46,548 nucleotides of DNA from an uncultured Clostridium sp. Its GTDB lineage: Bacteria; Bacillota; Clostridia; TANB77; CAG-508. This document shows, piece by piece, positions 28,832 to 40,295 of the stretch. The stretch lies in NCBI GenBank assembly GCA_947364715.1, contig CANAUI010000001.1:67157-113704 (forward strand), written 5' to 3'. The notes beneath the pieces are model-generated. The model worked only from the letters and a program-made list of their open reading frames with translations. It searched no databases and was not told where the DNA came from. The position numbers and the translations under genes were made by a program. The first letter of the stretch is position 1, and each line of letters starts with the position of its first letter.

Positions 28832-31800
28832 CTAATTTTCCTCTTTTGCATTTTTTCTTTTTACAATAATTCCTGTAATTGCTCCTGCTAATCCTATGAT
28901 TGCAATTATTACTATTATTGTCATATATACAACTCCACCTGTTTTAATACTTACAATCACATCTGCTGAGCCCATGTCATTTTCACCATTGATTTTATTT
29001 CCTGGTGTTGAATTTCCATCTTCTAGTCCTAAGTCATTATATGCTTCATAAATCTCTGCATTATTTCTTGTAACTAAATTGTCTTCTCCCATAGTTTTTG
29101 TTAAAATTAAAGTTACTGTTTTTGATTCTCCTGGATTAATAATGTCATTTCCTAATGATGTTGTATATAATGAGTTTCCTCTTTCATACCAATCTTTATT
29201 TAATTCAGAACTAAATTCTAATTCACTTGGTACATAATCTACAATATTTCTAGCATATCCTGCTACTTCTCCAACATTTGTTACTATAATATTATATTCA
29301 ATAATAACATTTGACCCTTTCATTTGTTTTGCATCTAATTCTACTTTTGCTGTTGTTACATTATTATATTCTCTAGTTGTTGTTCCAGCAGAATTTTGAA
29401 TTAATATTCTTCTTATATATTTATCTAATTTTAAGTCAAAGTTTTGTAATTCTATTAAACCAATATTAATATCTGATACATTTTGGTCATTTATGCGAAT
29501 AATATCTGTTGAAGCAACTTTTTGCCTTGAGCCTTCAATTAATAATTCATTTAATCTAACATCAGAATTTTCGTTTTCATTAACTCCTTCTGCTTGATAT
29601 GTTGTTAATGAATATTGTCCTACATTATATTCAAATATAGCAATATATTGTCCATCTGAAATATTGTCAAGAACATATACTCCGTTTTTATTTGTTTTTG
29701 CTTCTAATATATTTCCTTTAACATCTTTAACTAATTGATTTGTATTAACATTTAACAATCTTACTGTTACATTTTGTAACATTGTTTCTCCATTATCTTT
29801 TTTACCATTATAATTTTTGTCATACCATGCTAAACCACTTATCATTTGATTTCCATTTGCTACATTTCCATTTTGTTCATCATCATTATTATTGTTATTA
29901 TTATCTCCCTCGCCATTTCCATTATTCTCATCAATAACATCTGGTTTTATTATGTGATTTAAAGCTGATGTTGTTGCTATATCTTCTCCATAAACACTTG
30001 CTATTGCTCTGTTAGTAATTGTTTCTGCTTCTGTTCTTGACTCTGAATAATTTACAACAGTATCAATAACAATTGTTGTTTCTCCATTTGCTGGTAATTC
30101 ACATCCTATTTCAATATTATTTGTTGTATATTTTACATCTTCTCCATCTTTTGTTATACCATTAATAGTTAATTGAGATGGAATTTCATCTTTTATTACT
30201 AATCCAGATGTTTGAGATTTACTCATATTTTTTATGTGAATTGTGTAAATAATACTATCTCCAGATTTTACATAGCTACTTTCTGTATTTGATTCCATTG
30301 ACATATCTATATCAAAACTATTTATTTTATCTTGCCACAAGTTTGATTTATGTTCTTTTTGTCTATCTAATGCAACTACTGAAAAATTGATTGTATCTAA
30401 TGTATCATCTACCATTTTATTGATTACCATATTATAACTTAATACTTTTATTTCTCCTGCCTCTAATGTTCCTATATTAATTTCATCACTATATTCTATA
30501 ATTTCTGATTGTACATTTTCATCAATTTCATTATTAGTATTTGTTTCTGGTTTTGTTTTTACTTTATCTGTTTTTTCTGATGATATATATGCTATATCTT
30601 CATCTGAAACTTCATTTTCATTCATTCCTGTGATTAATGTTAATTTTGATACTTCTAAATTATTTGATTTGTTTGTTCTTACCATAACATTATTTAATGT
30701 TTCAGATGATGTATTTTTAATAATAGCAAAATATCTTACTGTTCCTGATTCATATAAATCTATTTTTCTATCTGTTACTCTTTTTACCATTGCTCTTAAA
30801 GTTCCATTTTCTGATAAAACAGTAGATTCATTTGTTTTTTGTATAACATCTGAATAATGAATTTCTACAGTATTATTAATTGATGTGCCATTTTCTAAAC
30901 TAGAGTTAACCATTACTTCATATTCTACATAAGCAATATCTCCTACTGATAAAGTTTCAATTGTTGATTCATATATATCTGCTTTTATTTCTTTATAATA
31001 AGAAGCTCCTGTATATTCATAATTATCAACTGGTTTAACTAATGTAGTTCCTTTTGGTATAATTCCTTTTACAGTAATATCTTTTACATCTTCTGAACCA
31101 ACATTTGATACTTGTACTCTATATTTAATAACTTCACCATTTTTTACTGTACTTGTATTTGTTAATTCTTCTCCTGCCACTTCTCCAGTTAAATTTGTTT
31201 CTATTTTTGGTCCAATACCTGTTTCCATAGAAATTTCTGTTGCTTTTACTGTATTTTCATTTTTAGCTTGTCCTTTTGTATAATTTACTTCAAATCCTTC
31301 TGTTGCTTTTTGATTATATTCTAAGTTTTCTGGTACTTCTATTGTATATGAGCCTTTAATAGATGTTCTTGCTACAATATTTTCCATTACTACTAAATAT
31401 TTCTTAACATTTTTTGGATTTGTTATATTTGTTGTCCAATTATTTTCTGAATCTTCTAATGATTCTGTCGCATTTTCATTTTCTGTATAGTATACAATTC
31501 CATTTTCTACATTAATACCTTTAATAACTGATATATCTATATTGTTTTTCTCTGTTCTTGTTGGAAATGTTCCTAATATATATACATTGTCAATATTTTC
31601 TTCATTATTATTAATAATTTCAAAACTAACTTCTATTTGTTTAGTATCTTTTCCTCTTTGTAAACTAACAGTTGTTGTTTTTTCTTCACCTATTGTTTCT
31701 ATATTTAATGATTCTATTTTATTAATTACAGTTACATCTTTTGGTGCTACAATTTCTATTTGTTGAGAAATTTTACCAATATCTTCATTGTTTGAATATG

Positions 31801-33775
31801 TATTTGCTTTTTCATTTACATACTCTACATTAATTGACTCTGGTCTTGCAATAGATGTTCTATTAACATTAATTGTTGCATTAATTATAATGTTTGCACC
31901 TTCTACAGTTTGTGATTTATATTCTGTTTGTTCACCAGCCATTTGAATTGTAATATATCTTCCATCAACTGTACACTTTTCAATTGTTAGTTCTTCTTCA
32001 TATAATACATTTACACTGTTAATTTCTATACTTTCAACTTGTTCTGGTAATTCAATTCTAAAAGTTGGATTTTTATATAAATCTTTTGATTCTTCATCTG
32101 TTTTTAATATTAATTTCATTTCAATGTCATTTTTTACAATAGTTGATAATGTATTTCTACTAATTTCTAATCTAGCTTCTGTTGTTGTTTCATTAAGATT
32201 TATCATCATTTCTGTTTCTGCTTCTATACCTGTTGTATATGTTTCTTCTTTAACAGTTTTCTCTTCCTCACTATAATTGTTATATCCATATATAATTTTT
32301 GTTGCAATACTATTTGCTTTTTTTACTATATTTACATCTGATGCACTAATTGTTTTTGAATGTATAAAAGCTATATTTCCTTCTACGATAGGGTTAGAAG
32401 TCTTTATTTCGATTCCTTTAGGTTGTCTATCTGTATAATCAATAACAATATTTCCGTTTTTATCTACTTCTGTATCACTTGTAATTGTTGATAATATTTC
32501 ACCATTTTGATTATAAATTTCAATTTTTCCGTCTTTTCCAAATATGTTATCAAAATCTTTTTTTGAAATGGCAGTTTTATTATAGTATATATTACTATCC
32601 ACTTCTCCATTATCAAATTTATATCTACTTGCTTGTTCTTTTATAGATATATATTCTTCTATATTAGCTAATTTTACATCTAATACTGTTTGACTAGCAT
32701 ATTGTTTATCTATTCCTGAATATAATTTTCCTTTATAGATACTTGTTTTAGAATTTTTTGTTGTTACTTTTATACTTGAATCAACTTCTTCTTCAGATAA
32801 TGTAATTGTTTGAGAATCTGATGTTAACACTTTATTATTTTGTAATGTTATTTTTTCTTCTGAAGTAATTTCTACATTTTCTAATTCTGCTTCTACATCA
32901 TAAATATATGTTAAAATAACATTTTCTTCTCCTTGCTTTCTCCATAAGATATCATTATTTTGTGTTACTTCATTTTTCAAGATTATTTCTATGTATCCAT
33001 TTTCATATCTATAATCAAATTCTGACATTGTATTTAGATGAACATCTTTAATAATTTTTGGTGATATTCCATTAATTGTTGGTACATTTAATTTTGCATA
33101 AATTTCTTTCATTGGATAATTATTGTCATTTAATCCCATATGTAATGATAATTGTATTACTCGTTTATCTTCACCAGATATTTTAATTAATTTATTTGTA
33201 ATAACTTCTATCTCATTTTTTATATTAGTATTTGAATTTGCTTCTACCAATTGCATTCTAACTATTCTTTTTGCATCGATATTTATATCTTTTTCTGTTT
33301 TATCTCTATAAATACCTGTTAATGTTAATTCACTTTCACAGTCTAACATGTTTATATTTATAACTTCATTTTCAATTGGTTTTACTTTTATTTCTATTTC
33401 TTCATTTTTTCCTACATCTAATTGATTTAAATAAATAGTATTGTCTTCAATTTTACTTACATGTTCACTTTCAGAATTTACAACATTAAAATTAGAATTT
33501 TGTAATTTCACCTGTCCTACAAAAAATCCTTCTTCCTTAACATTTATATCCAAATATAAAGAAACTTCTTCCATATTTGCATTTCTTTCTAATGTTGTTA
33601 TTTTTTGCCCATTATCATTTTTAAAATAGGCTCCAAATTCAATATTTTTATGATTCGTGCTTCTTGTATCTACTGCATAACTAATAAGACTTGAACCCAA
33701 AAATATAAAATTAGACATAGTTAGAGTCATTATTAATAAAATAACTACACTAATTTTTAAAATCTTATTTTTCAT
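28832..33775 (-). CDS. Large surface protein, A-type (DUF11-like repeats + SdrD-B-like domain)
   Basis: Signal peptide; GEVIKYRVQVSNVG, GDSIIYTIHIKN, ISGLAWYDKNYNG, FDLKLDKY, NSTPGN; C-terminal SIKTG-TM-KRK. Confidence 0.85.
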   Translation of the reverse strand: MKNKILKISVVILLIMTLTMSNFIFLGSSLISYAVDTRSTNHKNIEFGAYFKNDNGQKITTLERNANMEEVSLYLDINVKEEGFFVGQVKLQNSNFNVVNSESEHVSKIEDNTIYLNQLDVGKNEEIEIKVKPIENEVININMLDCESELTLTGIYRDKTEKDINIDAKRIVRMQLVEANSNTNIKNEIEVITNKLIKISGEDKRVIQLSLHMGLNDNNYPMKEIYAKLNVPTINGISPKIIKDVHLNTMSEFDYRYENGYIEIILKNEVTQNNDILWRKQGEENVILTYIYDVEAELENVEITSEEKITLQNNKVLTSDSQTITLSEEEVDSSIKVTTKNSKTSIYKGKLYSGIDKQYASQTVLDVKLANIEEYISIKEQASRYKFDNGEVDSNIYYNKTAISKKDFDNIFGKDGKIEIYNQNGEILSTITSDTEVDKNGNIVIDYTDRQPKGIEIKTSNPIVEGNIAFIHSKTISASDVNIVKKANSIATKIIYGYNNYSEEEKTVKEETYTTGIEAETEMMINLNETTTEARLEISRNTLSTIVKNDIEMKLILKTDEESKDLYKNPTFRIELPEQVESIEINSVNVLYEEELTIEKCTVDGRYITIQMAGEQTEYKSQTVEGANIIINATINVNRTSIARPESINVEYVNEKANTYSNNEDIGKISQQIEIVAPKDVTVINKIESLNIETIGEEKTTTVSLQRGKDTKQIEVSFEIINNNEENIDNVYILGTFPTRTEKNNIDISVIKGINVENGIVYYTENENATESLEDSENNWTTNITNPKNVKKYLVVMENIVARTSIKGSYTIEVPENLEYNQKATEGFEVNYTKGQAKNENTVKATEISMETGIGPKIETNLTGEVAGEELTNTSTVKNGEVIKYRVQVSNVGSEDVKDITVKGIIPKGTTLVKPVDNYEYTGASYYKEIKADIYESTIETLSVGDIAYVEYEVMVNSSLENGTSINNTVEIHYSDVIQKTNESTVLSENGTLRAMVKRVTDRKIDLYESGTVRYFAIIKNTSSETLNNVMVRTNKSNNLEVSKLTLITGMNENEVSDEDIAYISSEKTDKVKTKPETNTNNEIDENVQSEIIEYSDEINIGTLEAGEIKVLSYNMVINKMVDDTLDTINFSVVALDRQKEHKSNLWQDKINSFDIDMSMESNTESSYVKSGDSIIYTIHIKNMSKSQTSGLVIKDEIPSQLTINGITKDGEDVKYTTNNIEIGCELPANGETTIVIDTVVNYSESRTEAETITNRAIASVYGEDIATTSALNHIIKPDVIDENNGNGEGDNNNNNNDDEQNGNVANGNQMISGLAWYDKNYNGKKDNGETMLQNVTVRLLNVNTNQLVKDVKGNILEAKTNKNGVYVLDNISDGQYIAIFEYNVGQYSLTTYQAEGVNENENSDVRLNELLIEGSRQKVASTDIIRINDQNVSDINIGLIELQNFDLKLDKYIRRILIQNSAGTTTREYNNVTTAKVELDAKQMKGSNVIIEYNIIVTNVGEVAGYARNIVDYVPSELEFSSELNKDWYERGNSLYTTSLGNDIINPGESKTVTLILTKTMGEDNLVTRNNAEIYEAYNDLGLEDGNSTPGNKINGENDMGSADVIVSIKTGGVVYMTIIVIIAIIGLAGAITGIIVKRKNAKEEN

Positions 33776-33910
33776 ATTTGCTCACATTCCTTTCTAAATA
33801 CAAATTTAGCTTCATAAGTTTTACAATTTTTTCTTTGTGTACCACTAAAATTAAATTTTGTTTCTACTTACAATTTCAGCATTATAATTTTATTATTTTA
33901 CCTATTATTT

Positions 33911-33939
33911 ATTATACCTCGTTTTTGTTGATTTTTCAA
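33911..33939 (-). promoter_or_regulatory. Sigma-A promoter for the A-B surface-protein operon
   Basis: TTGAAA-17 bp-TATAAT on the minus strand. Confidence 0.6.
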
Positions 33940-34026
33940 CTTTTTTTGCACATTTTTTTACTTTTTCTAACATTTTATATTATACAAGTATACAAAACGT
34001 ATATTATGTATACTTTCAATAAGTTT

Positions 34027-34043
34027 ATTACAAATTTGTTACA
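34027..34043 (-). promoter_or_regulatory. WalR-like direct repeat TGTAAC-N5-TGTAAT
   Basis: Exact match to TGTWAH-N5-TGTWAH upstream of the surface-protein operon. Confidence 0.4.
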
Positions 34044-34051
34044 TTTTTTAT

Positions 34052-34079
34052 TCATACGGCATATTATATTACATAGAAT
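34052..34079 (+). promoter_or_regulatory. Possible sigma-E promoter
   Basis: TCATACG-13 bp-CATAGAAT; one base shorter than the usual spacing, in an AT-rich background. Confidence 0.3.
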
Positions 34080-34116
34080 TTCATATTTTGAATATATATT
34101 TTATGAGGTGATTATT

Positions 34117-34575
34117 TTGGATAATTTTAATTTTGATAAACAAACAATGGATAAGGTAAATTCTATGCTAAATAATGGGAACTTAAATGATATTATTTCT
34201 CAAATTCCTCCAGATGCTTTAAAAAACTTTTCTTCAATGATGGGTGGAAATTCAACTTCTAATGAAAATAATAATAATTCTAACAATCCTAATAATGAAA
34301 GTAGTAATAATTATAATAATTCAACAAACAATGCAAATACTTCTGGATTTGATTTTAGTAAAATTGATATAAATACAATGATGAAAATGAAATCTGTAAT
34401 GGAAAAAATGAATAATAATTCTAATCCAAGGTCAAATTTACTACAATCTTTAAAACCTTATTTGAGAGACGAAAAAAAAAGTAAATTAGACCAATACTCT
34501 AATTTACTAAACATGACAAATTTGATGGAATTATTTAATCAAAATAATAATGGTAAGGAGAATTCTAGTGATTAA
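34117..34575 (+). CDS. Hypothetical Asn-rich protein (152 aa), possibly sporulation-related
   Basis: TTG start at 34117 with SD gaggtg, in frame with the tracked 33778 ORF; C-terminal RSNLLQSLKPYL...KLDQY segment. Confidence 0.7.
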   Translation: MDNFNFDKQTMDKVNSMLNNGNLNDIISQIPPDALKNFSSMMGGNSTSNENNNNSNNPNNESSNNYNNSTNNANTSGFDFSKIDINTMMKMKSVMEKMNNNSNPRSNLLQSLKPYLRDEKKSKLDQYSNLLNMTNLMELFNQNNNGKENSSD

Positions 34576-34966
34576 TCAGATACCTTTTTTTAGGTCTCCT
34601 TTTTATCCTTATTCTCGTAATTATCCAAGAAGTCCTTATTATACATCAAATTCTATGCCTTTGGATAATCAAAAAACACCTAATGCTAATTCATGTACAT
34701 CTACGGAAGTAAGAAAAACTGGAGACCTTTTATATCAAAAAAAAGAAAATATACATGAAAAAAAATCATCTAAATATTATAATATTGGTCCTGTTTCTAT
34801 TAACACAGATGGATTTTTTAATAAAGAACAACCTGTGTTAGAAATTTCTGGACAAAAACTATATTTAGACGATTTAATTATCTTGTGCTTGCTATTTTTT
34901 CTTTATAAAGAAGATGTAAAAGATGATATGTTATTTATGCTTCTAATTTTATTGTTAGTTAGTTAA
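34568..34966 (+). CDS. Hypothetical protein with hydrophobic C-terminus (DDLIILCLLFFL...), coupled to the upstream gene
   Basis: GTG at 34568 with SD aaggag, overlapping the upstream stop. Confidence 0.7.
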   Translation: MINQIPFFRSPFYPYSRNYPRSPYYTSNSMPLDNQKTPNANSCTSTEVRKTGDLLYQKKENIHEKKSSKYYNIGPVSINTDGFFNKEQPVLEISGQKLYLDDLIILCLLFFLYKEDVKDDMLFMLLILLLVS

Positions 34967-34992
34967 AAGTGCTTGTTTTAGTAATGGGTTTA

Positions 34993-35610
34993 TTACTCTA
35001 TTACAATTTCATTATCAATAATACTAACATATGCTTGTTTGTGTAATGGTTCTTCATCTCTGTCAATTTCTTTTATAACATTAGCAATTCGAATTTGGAC
35101 TGTGTCTAAAATACCAGCAGAAATAATTGCTTGTTTATTACCTTTTGCTCCTGCATGTGCTAATCCTCTTAATGCCCCTAATACAACAATATTGTCAGAA
35201 GCCATTACTTCTGCACCAGAATTAACATCTCCTAAAATAACTAGACTTCCTTCTACTTCCATTTTTTGTCCTGAACGTAATGAACCTCTATGAAACTTTG
35301 TTTCAGAAATTGCAATTTCTTTATTAAATGTTCTTGTAATATTTGCTAGTCCTAAAGCTTTTGGCATGTCAAAATCAATTTCTACATCAATATTATGTTT
35401 TATTAATTCTTGTATTTCATCTATTTCTTTGTTTTTTAAAATTTTTCCTGTAACCATAATAGGAGTTTTTTCATTTTTATACATTTTCTTCAATTCAGGA
35501 AGTTTTTTTCTCAAATTTTCTATAATGTCTTTTTGTTCTGCGTCATCACTAATTTTTATTAAAATTTCATTTTTTCTTAAGTTAATACTTACACAATTTT
35601 TTATTTTCAT
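34993..35610 (-). CDS. minC: Septum site-determining protein MinC
   Basis: SLRSGQ, LVILGDVNSGAEV, IVVLGALRGLAHAG; follows pbp2. Confidence 0.92.
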   Translation of the reverse strand: MKIKNCVSINLRKNEILIKISDDAEQKDIIENLRKKLPELKKMYKNEKTPIMVTGKILKNKEIDEIQELIKHNIDVEIDFDMPKALGLANITRTFNKEIAISETKFHRGSLRSGQKMEVEGSLVILGDVNSGAEVMASDNIVVLGALRGLAHAGAKGNKQAIISAGILDTVQIRIANVIKEIDRDEEPLHKQAYVSIIDNEIVIE

Positions 35611-35631
35611 TTTTACATCCTCTCTCTCTTT

Positions 35632-37770
35632 TTATCTTAAAGACTGATTATAATTTACAGCACTCATATCTTCTTGGATTTCTTGTGTATTCATTCCAAA
35701 ATACTCTTCCATAATATTTCTTACAACTTCTGCCGTATAATTTCCATGTCCACCATTTTCTACCATAACTACTACAGCAATTTCTGGGTCTTCAAATGGT
35801 GCAAATCCTGTAAACCATGCATGAACTATGTCTCTTTGATTTTTGTCTTTTCCTGCTTCTGCTGAACCTGTTTTTCCACCAACTGAAATACCAAAATCTT
35901 GGAATCTTACATATGCAGTTCCTGTTCTGTCACTAGTAACAGAACGCATTCCTGATAAAATGGCATTCAAGTTTTCCTGATGTATTGTTAAATCTTCACT
36001 TTCAGTATTTTTTAATCCTAGTTTTTTATTTGTAAAATTATTAATTTCTTCTGTTGAAATTTGTGTTCCATCAGCTTTTATAATACTTTTTACAATAGTT
36101 ACATCTATAGCTTTTCCTCCATTAGCTATCATACTAATATATTTTGCCATTTGTAATGGACTAAAATTATTTAAACCTTGTCCTATAGAAGCATTAATTG
36201 TATCTCCACTATACCATTGTTCTGTTGATATTTGTCCTTTATATTGTGGTGTTGCCATTGCTCCTGAGGTCTCACTTGGTAATTCTACTCCTGTTTTAAC
36301 TCCTAATCCAAAGTATTTTGCATATTTAGAAAGAGTATCTATTCCCATTCTATCTCCTATTTCATAAAAGAAATAATTACAAGACCTTTCAATTGCTTGT
36401 GATACATTCAAATATCCATGGCCTCTATGATAATCTGTATAATACCAACATGGCCATTGTCCTCCATATTTTTTATATTCACCTATATCATTAATTTTTT
36501 CTGTTCTAGTAACTGCTCCAGATTCTAACCCTGCAATTGCTGTTACCATTTTAAAAATAGAACCTGGTGCATAAGCATTTTGAACTGCTTTATTCATTAA
36601 TGGTTTTGCAGAATCAGTATTATATTGATTCCATTTATCTGTACTAATACCTCCCACAAAATCTGATGGGTCATAATTGGGATAACTTGCAATTGCTAAA
36701 ATTTCTCCTGTTTTAACATTCATAACAACACAACTACCTGCATTAGTATCATAAGCTTTGCCAAATCCCCCTGAAGCAATTTTCTTTATATTAGCTTCTA
36801 ATGCTTGTTCTGTAACTCTTTGTAAATTAGCATCTATTGTTAATACTACATCACTTCCTGCAATTCCTTCTTTTGATGTATATTCAGATGTTATTGTTCC
36901 ATCTACAGCCATATCAATTTGTTTTGTTCCATCTTGTCCTTTTAAATATTCTTCAAAAACATATTCAATTCCTGTTTTTCCTATTATATCATTTTGTTCA
37001 TATCTATCTTTTCTTGTTGCATATTCATCTGCATTAATAGTTGATGCATATCCCAAAACATGAGATACTAGTGTTCCAGAAGTATATTCTCTTACAGGCT
37101 CTGTTACAATATTGATTCCTGGAAATTTGTCATTACTTTCTGAAAATTCTGCTACTGCTTCTCTTGGAATATTTTTTGCTATTGTTAAAGCTCTTGTACT
37201 ACTATATCCTGTTGTAGTTATCTCATATCTGATAGCTATAATCTTTCTAATTTCTGTTATATCTGCATTTTCAATTTTATATTTCTCTTTAAAGTTATAA
37301 AAGGCTTCTTCAGCAGATATGTTCCCATTTAAATCATATTTTTCTTTCCAATTAGCCAATGCATTATCACTAATAGTAAATTGGAATGGATTTATAGATA
37401 TTGGAAAAGAGTCTGAATAATTTACTTGATATTTTTCTAATAGATTCACAATATTTAAAATAGAATTATTTAATTCATTATTGTCAATTTTCGTTTTATA
37501 TAATTCTACACCGAATTTTGTTGAATTTGTAACTAATTCTGTTCCTGTTCTATCTAAAATTTCTCCTCTTGTAGCCTTTATAGTGGATTCTCTTGTAAGT
37601 CTTGTATTTGATTCTTCTCTGTATTCTGCTCCATGCACAATTTGTAGGTTAAATAATTGTATAATTAAAACAATTCCAATTATATATGTAAATACTGTTA
37701 TAAGATTAAATCGCAAATTCAAATTACTTTTAGTCTTTTTCTTTGTTTTCTTAAACCCTAGTTTTTTCAA
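35632..37770 (-). CDS. mrdA: Penicillin-binding protein 2 (class B)
   Basis: RGEILDR, GKTGIE, SxxK (PGSIFK), SCN, KTG; position in the mre operon. Confidence 0.9.
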   Translation of the reverse strand: MKKLGFKKTKKKTKSNLNLRFNLITVFTYIIGIVLIIQLFNLQIVHGAEYREESNTRLTRESTIKATRGEILDRTGTELVTNSTKFGVELYKTKIDNNELNNSILNIVNLLEKYQVNYSDSFPISINPFQFTISDNALANWKEKYDLNGNISAEEAFYNFKEKYKIENADITEIRKIIAIRYEITTTGYSSTRALTIAKNIPREAVAEFSESNDKFPGINIVTEPVREYTSGTLVSHVLGYASTINADEYATRKDRYEQNDIIGKTGIEYVFEEYLKGQDGTKQIDMAVDGTITSEYTSKEGIAGSDVVLTIDANLQRVTEQALEANIKKIASGGFGKAYDTNAGSCVVMNVKTGEILAIASYPNYDPSDFVGGISTDKWNQYNTDSAKPLMNKAVQNAYAPGSIFKMVTAIAGLESGAVTRTEKINDIGEYKKYGGQWPCWYYTDYHRGHGYLNVSQAIERSCNYFFYEIGDRMGIDTLSKYAKYFGLGVKTGVELPSETSGAMATPQYKGQISTEQWYSGDTINASIGQGLNNFSPLQMAKYISMIANGGKAIDVTIVKSIIKADGTQISTEEINNFTNKKLGLKNTESEDLTIHQENLNAILSGMRSVTSDRTGTAYVRFQDFGISVGGKTGSAEAGKDKNQRDIVHAWFTGFAPFEDPEIAVVVMVENGGHGNYTAEVVRNIMEEYFGMNTQEIQEDMSAVNYNQSLR

Positions 37771-37858
37771 GGCCTCACCTTCCTCTTCCTTGCTTTTTAA
37801 AATGTATTTCTAAATAACTTATATTAAATTTTACTAAGACCCTTTATTGTATAGGAAA

Positions 37859-38401
37859 TTAGAAATATCTTGTCAAAATTTTATTTCCTTTGTATTCATT
37901 TTCAATTGAATATCCAAATTTTTGTATTAATGGATATAAAACAATGACAATAATTAAATTATATATAATTTCAATAGCTAATATTTTAATAAAATTCACA
38001 ATCTCTATATTTGTAGAAAAAATAATATAATTTAGTATATATACAATAATCTCATATATAAATGTAGCACCTAATACCATAAACATAATAGTTGCTCTAC
38101 TATCTTTTGAAAAATTTTTATCAAATGTAGCAGCTAAAAATCCAATAATCCCTAATCCAACTGCATTAATTCCTATTTGTGTACCAATTACTAAATCTAA
38201 AACACCACCAATTACTACTCCATACACAACTCCTGTTATTCTATTTGCAAACAATCCTATAAATAAAGTTAATATAACAAATAAACTAGGCATAACTCCA
38301 GAAATAGTAAACCAATTAAAAAAATTTGATTGCAAAAAATATATAATAAATGCTGATAATATAATTAATATATTCATTATAAATTTTTTCAAAAATTTCA
38401 C
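37859..38401 (-). CDS. mreD: Rod shape-determining protein MreD
   Basis: Multi-TM, GVMPSL motif, position after mreC. Confidence 0.85.
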   Translation of the reverse strand: MKFLKKFIMNILIILSAFIIYFLQSNFFNWFTISGVMPSLFVILTLFIGLFANRITGVVYGVVIGGVLDLVIGTQIGINAVGLGIIGFLAATFDKNFSKDSRATIMFMVLGATFIYEIIVYILNYIIFSTNIEIVNFIKILAIEIIYNLIIVIVLYPLIQKFGYSIENEYKGNKILTRYF

Positions 38402-38405
38402 CTCT

Positions 38406-39221
38406 CTATTGATTTGTTATAACTAATACAGTATCTAGTTTATCAAAATTAACTGCTGTTTCTACAATTGAATATCTGTCTGTTGTATTTTGTGTATTTA
38501 CAACTTTTTTTATTGTTCCTACATGAATTCCTTTTGGATATATTCCACCCAATCCAGAAGTTTCTACACTATCTCCTTGTATAATTCCATCATCATCTGG
38601 TATATATATTGCTTTTAATACAGAATCTTCGTCTAATGTTCCTTTACATACTATACTTTCATCTGTTGTACTTAATAAGCAACTTACTGAACTAGAAGTA
38701 TCAATAATAGTTCTTACCTTTGCTGTATCTTTTGTTACAGAAATAACATGTCCTACTAGTCCTTGGTCAGCAATAACAGTCATATTTTCTTTTATTCCAT
38801 CATTACTTCCTACATTAATTACTATTGTTTTTGAATAATTACTAATATCTTTATTGATAATATATGCTGGTATTGTACTATATTCACCATATTTCTCTTT
38901 TAATCCTACATATTCTTTTAATGTTTCATTTTCAGATTTTATACTTTCTAATTCTCTTAATGATTGCTCTAATTCGCTATTTTTCCCTCTTAGTTGTTCA
39001 TTCTCTTGTTTTAAATTATTTATATCTGTAAAAAATGTACTATTTCCACTAATTCCATTTTTTAAATAAACTAATCCATTTTGTATTGGCATAACTAATT
39101 TACTTGCTACATTTTCAAGAAATGATGTTTCACTGTCTGTATTAGAAAATATAACAATCAATATTAAAATAATAATAGTTATAACAATACCTGCTATTTC
39201 AGCTTTTTTATTTTTATACAT
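38406..39221 (-). CDS. mreC: Rod shape-determining protein MreC
   Basis: TM + coiled coil; INVGSNDGI, GLVGHV, TSGLGGIYPKGIHVG. Confidence 0.93.
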   Translation of the reverse strand: MYKNKKAEIAGIVITIIILILIVIFSNTDSETSFLENVASKLVMPIQNGLVYLKNGISGNSTFFTDINNLKQENEQLRGKNSELEQSLRELESIKSENETLKEYVGLKEKYGEYSTIPAYIINKDISNYSKTIVINVGSNDGIKENMTVIADQGLVGHVISVTKDTAKVRTIIDTSSSVSCLLSTTDESIVCKGTLDEDSVLKAIYIPDDDGIIQGDSVETSGLGGIYPKGIHVGTIKKVVNTQNTTDRYSIVETAVNFDKLDTVLVITNQ

Positions 39222-39238
39222 TTCCTACTCCTATAATT

Positions 39239-40274
<1,036 letters not shown>

Positions 40275-40295
40275 CTATACGTTCCTTTCATAAAC

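Noticed and set aside
15775-33775. Diversity-generating retroelement, shufflon or prophage behind the giant proteins
   Set aside because: No reverse transcriptase, recombinase or phage genes, and no near-identical TR/VR nucleotide pairs seen; paralog similarity is old and at protein level.
33778-34116. N-terminal 113 codons of the tracked 265-aa ORF
   Set aside because: Phe/Ile/Leu-rich translation of AT-rich promoter DNA with no SD; the SD-supported start is TTG 34117.
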